The translations under genes were made by a program, and so were the position numbers. The notes under the pieces are model-generated. The model saw only the letters and a program-made list of their open reading frames with translations. It was not told the origin of the DNA and searched no databases. A DNA stretch of 64,000 bases from Myxococcota bacterium (lineage in GTDB: Bacteria > Myxococcota_A > UBA796 > CAJQPC01): contig DASCPX010000027.1 of NCBI GenBank assembly GCA_036012755.1, forward strand, positions 224,001-288,000, in the 5' to 3' direction. This document shows, piece after piece, positions 44,133 to 54,037 of the stretch. Each line of letters starts with the position of its first letter. Positions within the stretch are counted from its first letter, which is position 1.

Positions 44133-47100
44133 TCCACCGCCACGTAGTGCTCGACGACCCGCACGGTGCTCTCGCAGGGCACAGACAGGTTGTCCTGGGT
44201 ATCGACCGACGAGATGTCGACCCTGAAGCTCCCGGCGACGACGACGATGCCGTCGCTGCCCCGGGCGTCCCAGCTGACGGTGTCGGTGCTCCCACCGGGC
44301 ACGACGCGCTGGGTCCGGATCTTCGTGTCGTCGTTGTCGTAGACCTCGAGGAGCCACCACTCGGGCGTCGCGCTGGCGCTGACGGCGACGTCGAAGTCGT
44401 CGGCCTCGGCGCCGCTGCCACCGCTACCGTCTGGAGTGACCTTCTTGGTGGCCCCGTCACAGCTGTCCACTGTCACCGCGTCATCGACCACGTCTCCGAA
44501 CACCGCGCTGAAGCTGGCGTTGCTGCCGTCGTAGTCCCCGTCGAGCTTGTTGCCGGAGCCGTCCCGTATGTCGGCGGAGAGCTCGAGGGCGAAGCTCCCG
44601 GAGGAGGCGTCCTGCTGACTGTCGAACTCGACGCTCAGCTCGTCGTCGTCGAGGCTGGTCGACAGGTCGATCTCACCTGATGGGCCTGTGACCGTGACCA
44701 GCGAGTCGTAGTCGACGCTCCCGAGGAGGCTCTCGGTGAACTCGACGGTGAGTCCGTCGAGCAGCTCCTCGGTGCTCCCGCTGGGATCGACCCACGCGAC
44801 CTGTGGCCGGGCGCTCTCACCGCTGACGGAGATCGTCGCGGATCCATGAGCCGCGCCGCTGAGGACGCCGGCGTGGATGCTGGCGGTCCCGTCGTGCTTC
44901 GTCTGCTGGGCCGACCACGTGAAGGTGCCGGTTGTGCCCGACAGGGTGACGGTGAGGCCGTCGCTGGCAGTGGCGACGCCAGAGCTGAGCTCGCCCAGGT
45001 CCGTGCGAACGTAGACCTCGGTCACCGTCGGAACGTCGCCGGCGCAGTCCTCTGCCGTGAGGGTGATCGTCGCGTCGGCGGTGGTGGCCGAGCCGCCTGC
45101 GGTTCGCGAGGAGTCGCTGGAGCTGACGGTCACCGGCCCGGCCGCCTCTCCCTTGTCGTTCGCCCAGAACACCGCGGTCGCCCTGTCTCCGCAGGCGTCG
45201 GCGTCGGCCACGACGAGCTCCGTCAGCCACGCGCCGGGATCGCTCACCATGAGCGAGCCGGTCGTCCCCGTCCCCCGGGTGTAGGTGCCGTCGCCGTCAT
45301 GGAAGTGGTAGGCCGCGATGGACGCCGCCCCGGCGGTGGAGCCGCTGAAGTCCGCAGAGGCCGTCGCCAACCCGCTGAGGATGCAGGACACGGTGGAGCT
45401 CCCGCCATCGAGGAGGAGGTCGGCTCCAGGTCCGTCGCCGCAGTCGTCGTCGAGCACGTCGAGGCCCTGCGAGCTCCCCGTGTGTTCGCTGCCGGTGGCG
45501 ATGACGCGGTCCTGGAGACCCGCGCTGTCCCAGGTCAGGGTGGTTGTGGCTTCGCCCTCGTCGAAGTCGTCGACGCCGACCGCGATGAAGAGGCTGCTGC
45601 TCGAGGTCAGCGTCACGAGCTCCCCGAACTCCGGCACGGTGTTGCCGTACTCGTCCACACCCCGAACCGTCGCACCAGTGACCTCCCCGGTCCAGACCCA
45701 GGGCTGATCGAGCTCCACGGCGAGGGAGCTCAGCTCCGCAGGGTCGACCACGATCTCGACCGAGCCGAGGTCCGCGCCCCCCTGGGACGCCGAGATGGTC
45801 ACGGGGTCCTTGGCGATGGTGAGCGAGAAGCCGGAGCCGCTGTAGAGCCCCGCCGCATCCAGCGTCACGGTCACTGGAGAGAGCGTCCCGGTGTCGTCGG
45901 TGAGCTCGACGCTCGGGTCACCGGTCGTGTAGGCGTTGCCGTAGCTGTCGGTGCCCACGGCGCTCAACGTGAAGCCCTCGCCAGCCGTCGTGCTGCTGGG
46001 CACGGTCATCTCGACGTTCCCCAGCGGGCCGTTGACGACTACGAGCGGCGGAGAGGCCGCGGACAGCCCTGCAGTGGCGATGTCCGCGCTCAGCACCATG
46101 GGGTCGGCGGCCGTCGTGCTCCTGCAGTCGAAGACGTGGACGCCCTCGTCCATGGCGCTGAACCCGCAGGACAGGGTGGCGTAGCCATCGTCGAACTCGA
46201 CGGGGTCCGCACCCTCGACGTCGAGCTCGACGAGGTTCTGGTAGTGGTCGAAGGCCGACATCGAGAGCTCGAAGTCCTCGCCGGCGGCGACCTCGGACTC
46301 CGCGAGGTCCAGCAACAACGACTCGGGCGCGGCTGGCACCACCGTGATCGTCGAGTCACTCCAGCCCGAGAGACCCTCGCTGTCGATGACCTCGACGAGG
46401 ACCTCGCTGTCGGCCTTCTCCAGTCCGACAGCGCAGTAGCGTTCGCCCTGGTTCCAGTCGATGAGGCAGGTCATGGACCCGATGCCCTGCTCCGTGTCGA
46501 GCCCGCCGAGATCGTCCCGGAAGTCGATGTCACGGGAGTAGTCCTCGACGGTGTTCAGGTAGGCGTCCTTCGCGACGAGGCGCAGGATGAGCTCCTCTTC
46601 GCCGGCGACGACCTCCTCTGGCGAGCCGTCGGGCGGGCTGAGCTGCAGGACCGCCACCTCCCCCGCCACGACCTCGAACGCGCCGCTCTCTCCCGTCGCC
46701 GTGCCGCTCACCTCGAGCTGGGTGGAGTTGCACCCGTCGACCGTCGCTCGGAGGAAGGTGATCTCCCGCTGCGCGCTCCCGACGAAGTCGATCTCCTCCG
46801 GCAGGACCGCGCCGCCGCACGCGTCTCCCAGGCTCAGCCGCGCGCTCTTGTCGAGCAGCGGGTTCCCGAACTCGTCACGCAGGGTGAAGCCGACAGGGAA
46901 GCTGGTCCCTGCCTCGTAGAGATGGCTGTCGTCGATGAGGTCGATCTGGACCCGGTCGAGATCACCGGCGGTGACCGGCACGAAGACCTCGTCGCCGTCC
47001 ACCGGTGACGACAGTGAAGTGGGGTTGACCCCGAGCCAGACATTGGCCGGCGCAGAGGAAGACAGCGCCACCCAGCCGTCCCCGGCCTTCAGGGTCCCGG

Positions 47101-47710
47101 TGAGCTCCGTCGCGCTGCCGGAGACGTCGCCCAGACCCGTGCCGCTGAGATCGAGTTCGGCGTCCTCGTCGTCGTCGACCCAGGCAGCGACGGTGACGAG
47201 GAAGTCCTCTGGGACCCGCTCGCCGAGGGGGTCCAGGAGGTGGATGCGCACGACGACCTGTTCGTCCACCTGGTAGGGCCGCGCGTCGAAGTCCAGCTCG
47301 AGGTGATCCGCGCGGTTGTCCGTGATGTTGAACCCGGCGGGGAGGCGACCCTCTTCGCCATCCGGCGAGACGACCACGAGATCGTAGATGCCCACCTCGA
47401 GCCCCTCGGGCACCCTGGCGCTGATGAGCCCCCAGTCCTCGAGCTGCACCGCTTCCAGCTCAGCCCTGGCGCCGTCGCGCTCGAGCTCGACCACGAAGCC
47501 CTCGTCGATGCGTGAGCTGCTGGCGTCGACGACGGGCGTCGGGAAGAAGCGCTCTCCGACGATCTGGATGTCGGTGGCCTCCCCGGTCCAGGCCCAGTCC
47601 GGCTCGACCGCCTCGACGACCGGCTCAGCCTCCTGGAGCGTACACCCCCCCAACAACGCTCCGAGCAGAGCGAGGGCTTGGACCCGGTCCTGGCGGGGCG
47701 AAGGGCTCAC
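44129..47710 (-). CDS. Large acidic Ig-like repeat surface lipoprotein (about 1190 aa)
   Basis: Lipobox LLGGC; repeated D.[YF].N Big/invasin-like motifs, PKD-like segment, SbsA-type Ig segment (VEFTESL, IRD.SGN.LDG), FlgD-like C-terminus (VSWDARGSDG..V.AG). Confidence 0.8.
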   Translation of the reverse strand: MSPSPRQDRVQALALLGALLGGCTLQEAEPVVEAVEPDWAWTGEATDIQIVGERFFPTPVVDASSSRIDEGFVVELERDGARAELEAVQLEDWGLISARVPEGLEVGIYDLVVVSPDGEEGRLPAGFNITDNRADHLELDFDARPYQVDEQVVVRIHLLDPLGERVPEDFLVTVAAWVDDDEDAELDLSGTGLGDVSGSATELTGTLKAGDGWVALSSSAPANVWLGVNPTSLSSPVDGDEVFVPVTAGDLDRVQIDLIDDSHLYEAGTSFPVGFTLRDEFGNPLLDKSARLSLGDACGGAVLPEEIDFVGSAQREITFLRATVDGCNSTQLEVSGTATGESGAFEVVAGEVAVLQLSPPDGSPEEVVAGEEELILRLVAKDAYLNTVEDYSRDIDFRDDLGGLDTEQGIGSMTCLIDWNQGERYCAVGLEKADSEVLVEVIDSEGLSGWSDSTITVVPAAPESLLLDLAESEVAAGEDFELSMSAFDHYQNLVELDVEGADPVEFDDGYATLSCGFSAMDEGVHVFDCRSTTAADPMVLSADIATAGLSAASPPLVVVNGPLGNVEMTVPSSTTAGEGFTLSAVGTDSYGNAYTTGDPSVELTDDTGTLSPVTVTLDAAGLYSGSGFSLTIAKDPVTISASQGGADLGSVEIVVDPAELSSLAVELDQPWVWTGEVTGATVRGVDEYGNTVPEFGELVTLTSSSSLFIAVGVDDFDEGEATTTLTWDSAGLQDRVIATGSEHTGSSQGLDVLDDDCGDGPGADLLLDGGSSTVSCILSGLATASADFSGSTAGAASIAAYHFHDGDGTYTRGTGTTGSLMVSDPGAWLTELVVADADACGDRATAVFWANDKGEAAGPVTVSSSDSSRTAGGSATTADATITLTAEDCAGDVPTVTEVYVRTDLGELSSGVATASDGLTVTLSGTTGTFTWSAQQTKHDGTASIHAGVLSGAAHGSATISVSGESARPQVAWVDPSGSTEELLDGLTVEFTESLLGSVDYDSLVTVTGPSGEIDLSTSLDDDELSVEFDSQQDASSGSFALELSADIRDGSGNKLDGDYDGSNASFSAVFGDVVDDAVTVDSCDGATKKVTPDGSGGSGAEADDFDVAVSASATPEWWLLEVYDNDDTKIRTQRVVPGGSTDTVSWDARGSDGIVVVAGSFRVDISSVDTQDNLSVPCESTVRVVEHYVAVE

Positions 47711-47728
47711 TGAGGACGGTCTTCTCCA

Positions 47729-50158
47729 TCAATAGACTACCCGAATGCCGGCGATCGCGACCAGCCCTCCGATCTGCCCATCGTACTCGGCCGCGGAGCT
47801 CGACACGCCGAGCCACCGGAGCTCAGCGTAGAGCTCACCCGGACGCAGCCGATAGCCACCGCCGCCATAGACGGTGGGCCCCGGTCGGTGGAGGCTCAGC
47901 TCGGTCCCTCCGGGCTCGCCGCCGAAGGTGCGCTCGATCCGGTAGGGCGTGACGACCAGACCCGCCCCGGTCCACGCCCCCCAGAGCCCCATGGACCAGC
48001 GCCGATGGGCAGACAGCGACACCGGCAGGAGGTCCATCTTGAGCTCGATGTCGCCGCCCACGTCCGGAATCGCGGCGACGTCCCGGTACCACCCGACCGC
48101 CAGGCGCATGTTCACGTGAGTCCGCAGGGGCAGACGCTGTTCCAGGTCGAGGCCGATGTAGGGAGCCGCGATGGCCCCGAGGTTCGCGATGGTCCCTGCG
48201 TGCAGCGCCGGAGCACGGGCCACCGGCTCCGGCTGGAGCTTGAGCCCGATGCGGGCGTCGAAGGAGCCGTCGGGCGCGGTCACGGCGATCTCGACCTCCC
48301 CCGCCGACAGCCCGGGTGGGGGTGCATAGACCACCTTCAGCGAGCCGTCCGCCTGGGCCCGAGGCTGCGTGACGATGCCCTCGCTGACGACGATGTCGAC
48401 GTGCTCGTCGACGACCGGCCGACCCGAGGCATCGAGCAGCACGATCGTGAGCGTAGCGGTGTCGCCGGTGCCCGTGAGCAGCACGGGACGGTCGGTCGAG
48501 AGCGTCACCCGCCGGACCCGCCCGGTGCGAATGCTGACCGGAGCCACCGCGATGAGGTCCGGCCGGGTCATGCTCAGCGGCACCCCCGATGACCAGGGCA
48601 CTACCAGCTGGCGCCGCTGCAGCCCCGGCGCCTCTACGACGAGCGCGAGGGGCACCCCTCGGGCCTCGAAGTCCGCCGTCGCGAAGCCCCGGTCGTCGGT
48701 GCTGACCAGCGCGGTGTCCTCTCCCAGGGCCAGGAGCAGCGGGACCTCCGCCAGCGGACGACCGAGGGTGTCCAGCGCGCGGGCCTGGACCTCCAGCGAC
48801 TCGCCCGAGCGGTGGCCGATGAGCAGCGTCGCCGCTCGCCCCGTCCCTGGCTCGTGGTTCCAACCGGCGAGCACTGCGTCCTCTGGCTCCTCGAGATCGC
48901 CTTGGAACTCGGCGCGCACGGAGAGCTCCTCGCGCTCGGTGTTCGTGATCTCCCCGTGGCGGGCGCTCAGGCCCAGCCCTCGAGGCTCCAACCGGTCCCC
49001 GCTGGCGTCCTCGAGCCAGGCCTGCACCTGCGACACGGGGAAGTCCGTGGTCAGCTCCTGGGGCCACGTCCGCAGCACGATCCGAGCTGGCATGCCCTCC
49101 TGGACCGCGACCCGAGTGCTGACCGTCGCGAGGTCGGACAGGCCGCAGTCCACCCTGAGGTCGAGCAGGATGTCCTCCTCGATCGGCGGCAGGGTGGCGA
49201 GCCAGAGTCCGGACCCGATCTCCGCGATCGAGAGCTCCCGACCACCGCTGGCGTGGCAGGTCGGATCCCCGGCAGAGAACGCGTGGCCGGTGGGAGTGAC
49301 TGCCTTCAGGTGGATGGGCGGGAGCGGAGCCCCGGGCACGATGCTGCCCTCGACCAGTGCCGCGAGCGTCGGCGCCGGCTGCCTGGCGAGCGTGATGGTG
49401 CTCTTCTGCAGGTTGCCCAGCGGGTCCTTCACCGTTGCGCTCGCCGTGGTCTCACCGGGGCGGATGTCGACGGTGACGCTGACGCGCCCGTCTGCGCCCG
49501 CCGTCGCGGGGCCGTAGACCCGCCCCCCGACCTCCAGCTTCAGGGTCGCGCCGGGCTCTGTCGTCACGGACACCGGCACGCGCGCCCCGAGGCGCACGAC
49601 CGTCCACTCCGGCGGCGCTCCGGGGCGCCGACTGTCTCGAACGCCGACAGGCACCACGCGCGGGTCCGAGAGCGCCGCGGGCTGCCAGCGGATCTCCAGG
49701 GCGTCCCCTTTTCGCTCGACGCCGAGAACCTCGCCCTCCGGTGCGGCGACGCGGACGTCCTGAGGTTCGGGCAGGTCGTCGGAGTGCAGGCGAATATGGA
49801 CCTCCTCACCGGTGAGGGCCTCGAGCCGCCCCGGGCCCGTCAGCCCGCTCTCCGGGCGCTCGCCGACCGGCACCTCCAGGCGCAGGGGCGCCTCGTCGTC
49901 CGCCTGAACGACGACCCGAAAGCGCTCCACATCCGGCGCGCTTCGCACGCGAAGTTCCCAGACACCCGGCAACACAGCGGGCCTCACCGCCAGGACCTCT
50001 CCGTCGGGAGAGTCGACCTCGAGTTCCGCCGGTCGGGCCGGGAGACCGCCATCGTGCAGGACCAGCAGGAGCTCCGCCGGGACGTCGGCGACCGGGTCAC
50101 CACGCTCGGCGACCAGGAGGCCCTCCGTGGCCAGCGCGAGGCCGGACAACAGCAGCAC
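47729..50158 (-). CDS. Exported multi-Ig-domain protein with C-terminal outer-membrane beta-barrel
   Basis: Short signal MLLLSGLALA; Big_1-like D..G.P motifs; amphipathic beta-strands ending GLVAIAGIRVVY (terminal aromatic residue). Confidence 0.7.
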   Translation of the reverse strand: MLLLSGLALATEGLLVAERGDPVADVPAELLLVLHDGGLPARPAELEVDSPDGEVLAVRPAVLPGVWELRVRSAPDVERFRVVVQADDEAPLRLEVPVGERPESGLTGPGRLEALTGEEVHIRLHSDDLPEPQDVRVAAPEGEVLGVERKGDALEIRWQPAALSDPRVVPVGVRDSRRPGAPPEWTVVRLGARVPVSVTTEPGATLKLEVGGRVYGPATAGADGRVSVTVDIRPGETTASATVKDPLGNLQKSTITLARQPAPTLAALVEGSIVPGAPLPPIHLKAVTPTGHAFSAGDPTCHASGGRELSIAEIGSGLWLATLPPIEEDILLDLRVDCGLSDLATVSTRVAVQEGMPARIVLRTWPQELTTDFPVSQVQAWLEDASGDRLEPRGLGLSARHGEITNTEREELSVRAEFQGDLEEPEDAVLAGWNHEPGTGRAATLLIGHRSGESLEVQARALDTLGRPLAEVPLLLALGEDTALVSTDDRGFATADFEARGVPLALVVEAPGLQRRQLVVPWSSGVPLSMTRPDLIAVAPVSIRTGRVRRVTLSTDRPVLLTGTGDTATLTIVLLDASGRPVVDEHVDIVVSEGIVTQPRAQADGSLKVVYAPPPGLSAGEVEIAVTAPDGSFDARIGLKLQPEPVARAPALHAGTIANLGAIAAPYIGLDLEQRLPLRTHVNMRLAVGWYRDVAAIPDVGGDIELKMDLLPVSLSAHRRWSMGLWGAWTGAGLVVTPYRIERTFGGEPGGTELSLHRPGPTVYGGGGYRLRPGELYAELRWLGVSSSAAEYDGQIGGLVAIAGIRVVY

Positions 50159-51010
50159 TCAGAGACCTCCGACCTGGAACTCGGCGGTGGGCGGCTTGGT
50201 GTCCCGCAGCAGCTCGTAGGGCGACTCGCGAGTTCGGCCCAGGGGATCGACCGCCAGCACCCTCAGAGCGTTGTCCCCTTCCCTCAGCCGCACCTCCACC
50301 CGCCAGCTTCCGGAGTTGTCGGCGAGGACCTCGACCGTCTCGTACCCGCCTTCGATCCGAACGCGGGCGCCGGGGTCGGTGGTCCCCGCGACCTCGACGG
50401 ACTCCTCCCGCGTAGCCTTCTCCGGCCAGCTGACCTCGAGCAACAACCCCTCGTCGAGGCGGGTAGCAGCGCCGCCGTCGTTTGCGACGATGGCCTCGCC
50501 CGCCCTGAGCGCCTGGACCTCACCGAAACCGGTCAAGCTCAGCTCGCCGTCGTCGAGCTGGACCCAAGTGCTGTCGTCGTCGCGGGCCACCGTGAACGTG
50601 CCCTCGTCCGCGCGCACCTCTCGATCGCCGGTGACGACATCCAGGACAGGACCGCCCCTGCGGACCGTCGCTTCCACGCGCCCATCCTCGAGCTCGACCC
50701 GGACGCCCTCGGAGCCCTCGCCCAGCACGCGCAGCGCCGAGGACTGATCGACGACGAGCTGGCTGTCCTCACCGAAGGAGAGCACGGCGCGGCCGCCCTC
50801 CCCAGCCAGCAAACGGTCGTCGGGTAGGAGGATCCCGCCGACCTCGGCGGCACTCCTGGCGCCCTCGTGCTCATGCCGCACGTCGCCCTCGACCCGCCGG
50901 ATGGTGAGCGGATCGAGCGCTTCATCGCCGAAGAAGAGGCGGTAGCCCAAGAGCCCGAGCGCCAGGACAGCCACCGCCACAACAAGGACGGTCAGGACGT
51001 CACGCACCAC
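50159..51010 (-). CDS. Membrane-anchored FecR-domain protein with C-terminal Ig-like domain
   Basis: N-terminal TM helix; VEGDV, L...D....G..G.A.L.FG..S.L, V.L..G.V pattern of FecR; C-terminal V.G.T.PGA.V...V.L.EG.N...V.AVD..G. Confidence 0.8.
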   Translation of the reverse strand: MVRDVLTVLVVAVAVLALGLLGYRLFFGDEALDPLTIRRVEGDVRHEHEGARSAAEVGGILLPDDRLLAGEGGRAVLSFGEDSQLVVDQSSALRVLGEGSEGVRVELEDGRVEATVRRGGPVLDVVTGDREVRADEGTFTVARDDDSTWVQLDDGELSLTGFGEVQALRAGEAIVANDGGAATRLDEGLLLEVSWPEKATREESVEVAGTTDPGARVRIEGGYETVEVLADNSGSWRVEVRLREGDNALRVLAVDPLGRTRESPYELLRDTKPPTAEFQVGGL

Positions 51011-51016
51011 TGGATG

Positions 51017-52759
51017 CTACCGCGAGGGCAGCACCAGCGCGTAGCGGCCCTCGCCTTCCTCGATGCGCCCGCCGTGTTCCTGAACCGCGTGGCTCGCCAC
51101 CCAGAAGCCCATGCCAGAGGCCAGCCAGTCGTCGCTGCTCTCGCGCCGCGGGCCGGACAGGGCGAAGCCGAGGCGAGCTTCCCCGCCCTCGACCACCCCG
51201 GACACGGACAGCGTTCCGCCCGGCGCGAGCTGGGCCCGAAGGCTGCCGAGCAGCTGGGCCAGCGCCTGGGCGAGGAGCTTCGGATCGACCTCGACGAAGA
51301 GCGCAACGGCGTGATCGTGCTCGAGCCCGACCCCGACCTCCACGAAGGCGTGGCGTACGAGGGAGACGACCTCGGCGACCAGCGCGTGGAGGTCGATCAC
51401 CTCTCGAGTGGCGCTCCCGGTCTCGCTCGAGAGCCGGTTGAGCGCCGCGACGACCTCGCGGCAGCGCTGGGCTTGCTCCTCCATGCTCGCGAGCATGGCG
51501 TCGTCGGGCCGCTTGGCTCTGAGCAGCTGCGTGAGGCCGAGGATGCCGGCGAGGGGGTTGTTGAGCTCGTGAGCGAGCCCGGCTCCCATCTGGGCGACCG
51601 CGGCGAGACGAGAGGACTGGACCAGGCGCGCGTTGGACTGCTGGAGCTCGCGAGTGCGCATCTCGACGCGTTCCTGGAGTTCCTCGTTCCACCCTTCGAT
51701 CTCGGCGTTCTTCTGTGCGATCAGCTCGCTGGTCGAGTTGAAGACCTCTGCGAGGTCCTGGAGCTCCGCGACGGCGTCGGCGCCGAGCCGGACCGGCTTG
51801 TACTCCCCCCCGCCGAGAGTGCTCGCCGCCCCGCGCAGGGCCACGACCGGGCGCGCGATCTGGCGGGCTGCGACGCCCCCCATTGCACCCACCAGCACCA
51901 TCGCGATGGCGTAGACGAAGAGACTGCGCCGCTGGATCTGGTCCCCGGCGCGGGTGGCGAGGGCCTCTGGAACGGCGACTACCACCGCCCAGTCGGTGCC
52001 ATCGATGGCCTGGAAGGCGGCCATCACCGGCTGACCAGCGCGCTCGTAGCGCAGGTCTCCGGCGAGGTTGCCCTGGAAGGTGCGAGGCAGCTCCGGGTCG
52101 ACGAGCTCGCCGGGATCTCCCAGGATGGCGTCACCGCTCCGGTCTACGAGGACGGCCGCTCCACTGGGCACCGCCTGCTCCAGGAAGTGCCGCTCGACCT
52201 CGGCGAGGCTGACCTCCAGGCCCACGACGACCCCGCGCCGACGGGACGCAACCGCGACCGGCACGACCGAGGGACCGCCCTCGGCGGGGCGATAGATGCG
52301 ACCGAGCGCGAAGCCGTCGGCCAGCGCATCGATGACGGGGAGCTCCTGGCGCAGCCGCTCGGCCCGCTCGGGGCCCACGGGCAGGTGCCGCGACAGGTCT
52401 GAGGGGATGTCCTCGAGCCAGGTCGCTGCTGTCACCTCCGCGCCCTCGGCGTCGAGCATCACGACCACGTTGACCGCGTCGAACTGGCGGTAGAGCACTC
52501 GCTGGAGCCCCTCGCGCTCGTCCGTCGCGAGCGCCTCGACGTCCCAGACCGCGACGGCGAGCTCTGCGGTGCGCACGAGGTCGCGAATCCAGGTCGAGGC
52601 GTAGACCGCAAGCCCGCCAGCCTGTCGGGCATAGAGCTGGCGCGACTGCTCGACGTTGTGGTCTCGCGCGAGCCGGCTGGTCATGTAGCCGGTGAAGACC
52701 AGGGGGAGCAGGGTCGTGAGCCCGATGACCAGGATCAGCCGGACCCTGAGACTCTTCAA
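51017..52759 (-). CDS. Cache-HAMP sensor histidine kinase with a degenerate ATP-binding domain
   Basis: Two TM helices flanking a Cache-like region, HAMP, intact H-box AHELNNPL. N, G1 and F boxes missing. Confidence 0.85.
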   Translation of the reverse strand: MKSLRVRLILVIGLTTLLPLVFTGYMTSRLARDHNVEQSRQLYARQAGGLAVYASTWIRDLVRTAELAVAVWDVEALATDEREGLQRVLYRQFDAVNVVVMLDAEGAEVTAATWLEDIPSDLSRHLPVGPERAERLRQELPVIDALADGFALGRIYRPAEGGPSVVPVAVASRRRGVVVGLEVSLAEVERHFLEQAVPSGAAVLVDRSGDAILGDPGELVDPELPRTFQGNLAGDLRYERAGQPVMAAFQAIDGTDWAVVVAVPEALATRAGDQIQRRSLFVYAIAMVLVGAMGGVAARQIARPVVALRGAASTLGGGEYKPVRLGADAVAELQDLAEVFNSTSELIAQKNAEIEGWNEELQERVEMRTRELQQSNARLVQSSRLAAVAQMGAGLAHELNNPLAGILGLTQLLRAKRPDDAMLASMEEQAQRCREVVAALNRLSSETGSATREVIDLHALVAEVVSLVRHAFVEVGVGLEHDHAVALFVEVDPKLLAQALAQLLGSLRAQLAPGGTLSVSGVVEGGEARLGFALSGPRRESSDDWLASGMGFWVASHAVQEHGGRIEEGEGRYALVLPSR

Positions 52760-53928
52760 TCGCGCTCCACAGGGAAGCGCATCGTGAAGACGGTCCCGGA
52801 CCCTTCGACGGACTCGACGGAGATCTGGCCGCGGTACTTCGTCACGATGCGGTAGACGATGTTCAGGCCGAGGCCAGTCCCCTTCCCCGGTGCCTTGGTC
52901 GTGTAGAAGGGGTCGAAGACCAGCCCGACCTTGGCCGGGGCGATGCCGGGTCCGTTGTCCTCCACCCGCGCCCAGACGTGGTCCTCGGCCTTGCCAGCGG
53001 TGACCGCGACGCGGCCGCTGCCGTCCTCGCGATGCTGGCCGACGGCCTCGACGGCGTTCTTCACGAGGTTGACGAAGACCTGCTGGACCTCGTTCGTGCG
53101 GGCGTTGAGGTAGCTCTCCGCCTCCACCTCGGCGCTCAGGGTCACCCCGGCGCAGTCGCTGCTGCGCTCGACGAGCCGGATCGCGTCGGCGACGACCTTC
53201 GAGAGCTCGACGGTCGTGAGGTACTCGGCGCTGCTGGCGCGAGAGTAGCTCGAGAGCTCCACGACGATGTCGCGGACGCTGCGGGAATACTCCACGATCT
53301 CAGAGGCATAGTCGTGGCAGAGCTTGACCTCGTCCTCCTCGCCGATCGCCTCGGCCAGCCCCATGATGCCGAACAGCGGAGAGCTGATCTCGTGGGCGAT
53401 GCCAGCGGCGAGCGTGCCGATGCCCGCGAGCTTCTCGGACTGGATCAGCTCCGCCTGGAGCTTTCGGGACTCGGCCAGGGCCGCTTCGAGCTCGGTGTTC
53501 TTTCGCTGCATCTCGAGCAGGAGCCGTCGGTTCTCGACCCGGATGTCCTGCTTCTCGCAGGCCCGCTGCACCTTCTTCTTGATCTCGAAGACGTTGTTGA
53601 GCGGCTTGAGGACGTAGTCGAAGGCGTCCAGCTCGATCGCGGTGAGCGCCGTGTCGAGGCTCGCGTATCCGGTGATGATGATGACCTCTGCGAGGTCGTT
53701 GACGTCCTTTGCGAAGCGCAAGAGCTCCAAGCCGTTGACGTCAGGGAGGTTCTTGTCCGTGAGCAGGATGTCGACGCCCTCTGTGCGCATCGTCTCCATG
53801 GCCTGCTTGCCGTTTTGGCAGGTCGTGACCGCGTACGGGCCGTCCTCGAAGACGGCATGCAGGATCTGGAGGATGACAGGCTCGTCGTCGACGATGACGA
53901 GCCGCTTCTCGCTGGGCTGCTGCACCAT
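52756..53928 (-). CDS. Hybrid response regulator-histidine kinase (REC-HisKA-HATPase)
   Basis: IVDDE, LLTDKNLP, IITGY, KP; AHEISSPL, NLVKNA, DNGPG, FDPFYTTK, GTGLGL. Confidence 0.94.
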   Translation of the reverse strand: MVQQPSEKRLVIVDDEPVILQILHAVFEDGPYAVTTCQNGKQAMETMRTEGVDILLTDKNLPDVNGLELLRFAKDVNDLAEVIIITGYASLDTALTAIELDAFDYVLKPLNNVFEIKKKVQRACEKQDIRVENRRLLLEMQRKNTELEAALAESRKLQAELIQSEKLAGIGTLAAGIAHEISSPLFGIMGLAEAIGEEDEVKLCHDYASEIVEYSRSVRDIVVELSSYSRASSAEYLTTVELSKVVADAIRLVERSSDCAGVTLSAEVEAESYLNARTNEVQQVFVNLVKNAVEAVGQHREDGSGRVAVTAGKAEDHVWARVEDNGPGIAPAKVGLVFDPFYTTKAPGKGTGLGLNIVYRIVTKYRGQISVESVEGSGTVFTMRFPVERD

Positions 53929-53988
53929 CACTCCGGGGCGCGCCCGAACTTATCACTGTTGACTGATGCGAAGGTGCGTTCCGCCGAT

Positions 53989-54016
53989 TTGACAGCTAAG
54001 TGGCCTGCGGTAATGT
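53989..54016 (+). promoter_or_regulatory. Putative sigma70-type promoter of the Dx[DN]xDG lipoprotein gene
   Basis: TTGACA-N16-TAATGT ending 21 nt upstream of ATG 54038. Confidence 0.55.
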
Positions 54017-54037
54017 CATCGGCAGTTGGAGCGCAGA

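Noticed and set aside
50156..50161. Selenocysteine or read-through fusion at the in-frame TGA-GTG junction of the FecR and barrel genes
   Set aside because: A GGAGGT RBS precedes the GTG and the downstream protein has its own signal-like N-terminus, so two separate genes is the simpler explanation.
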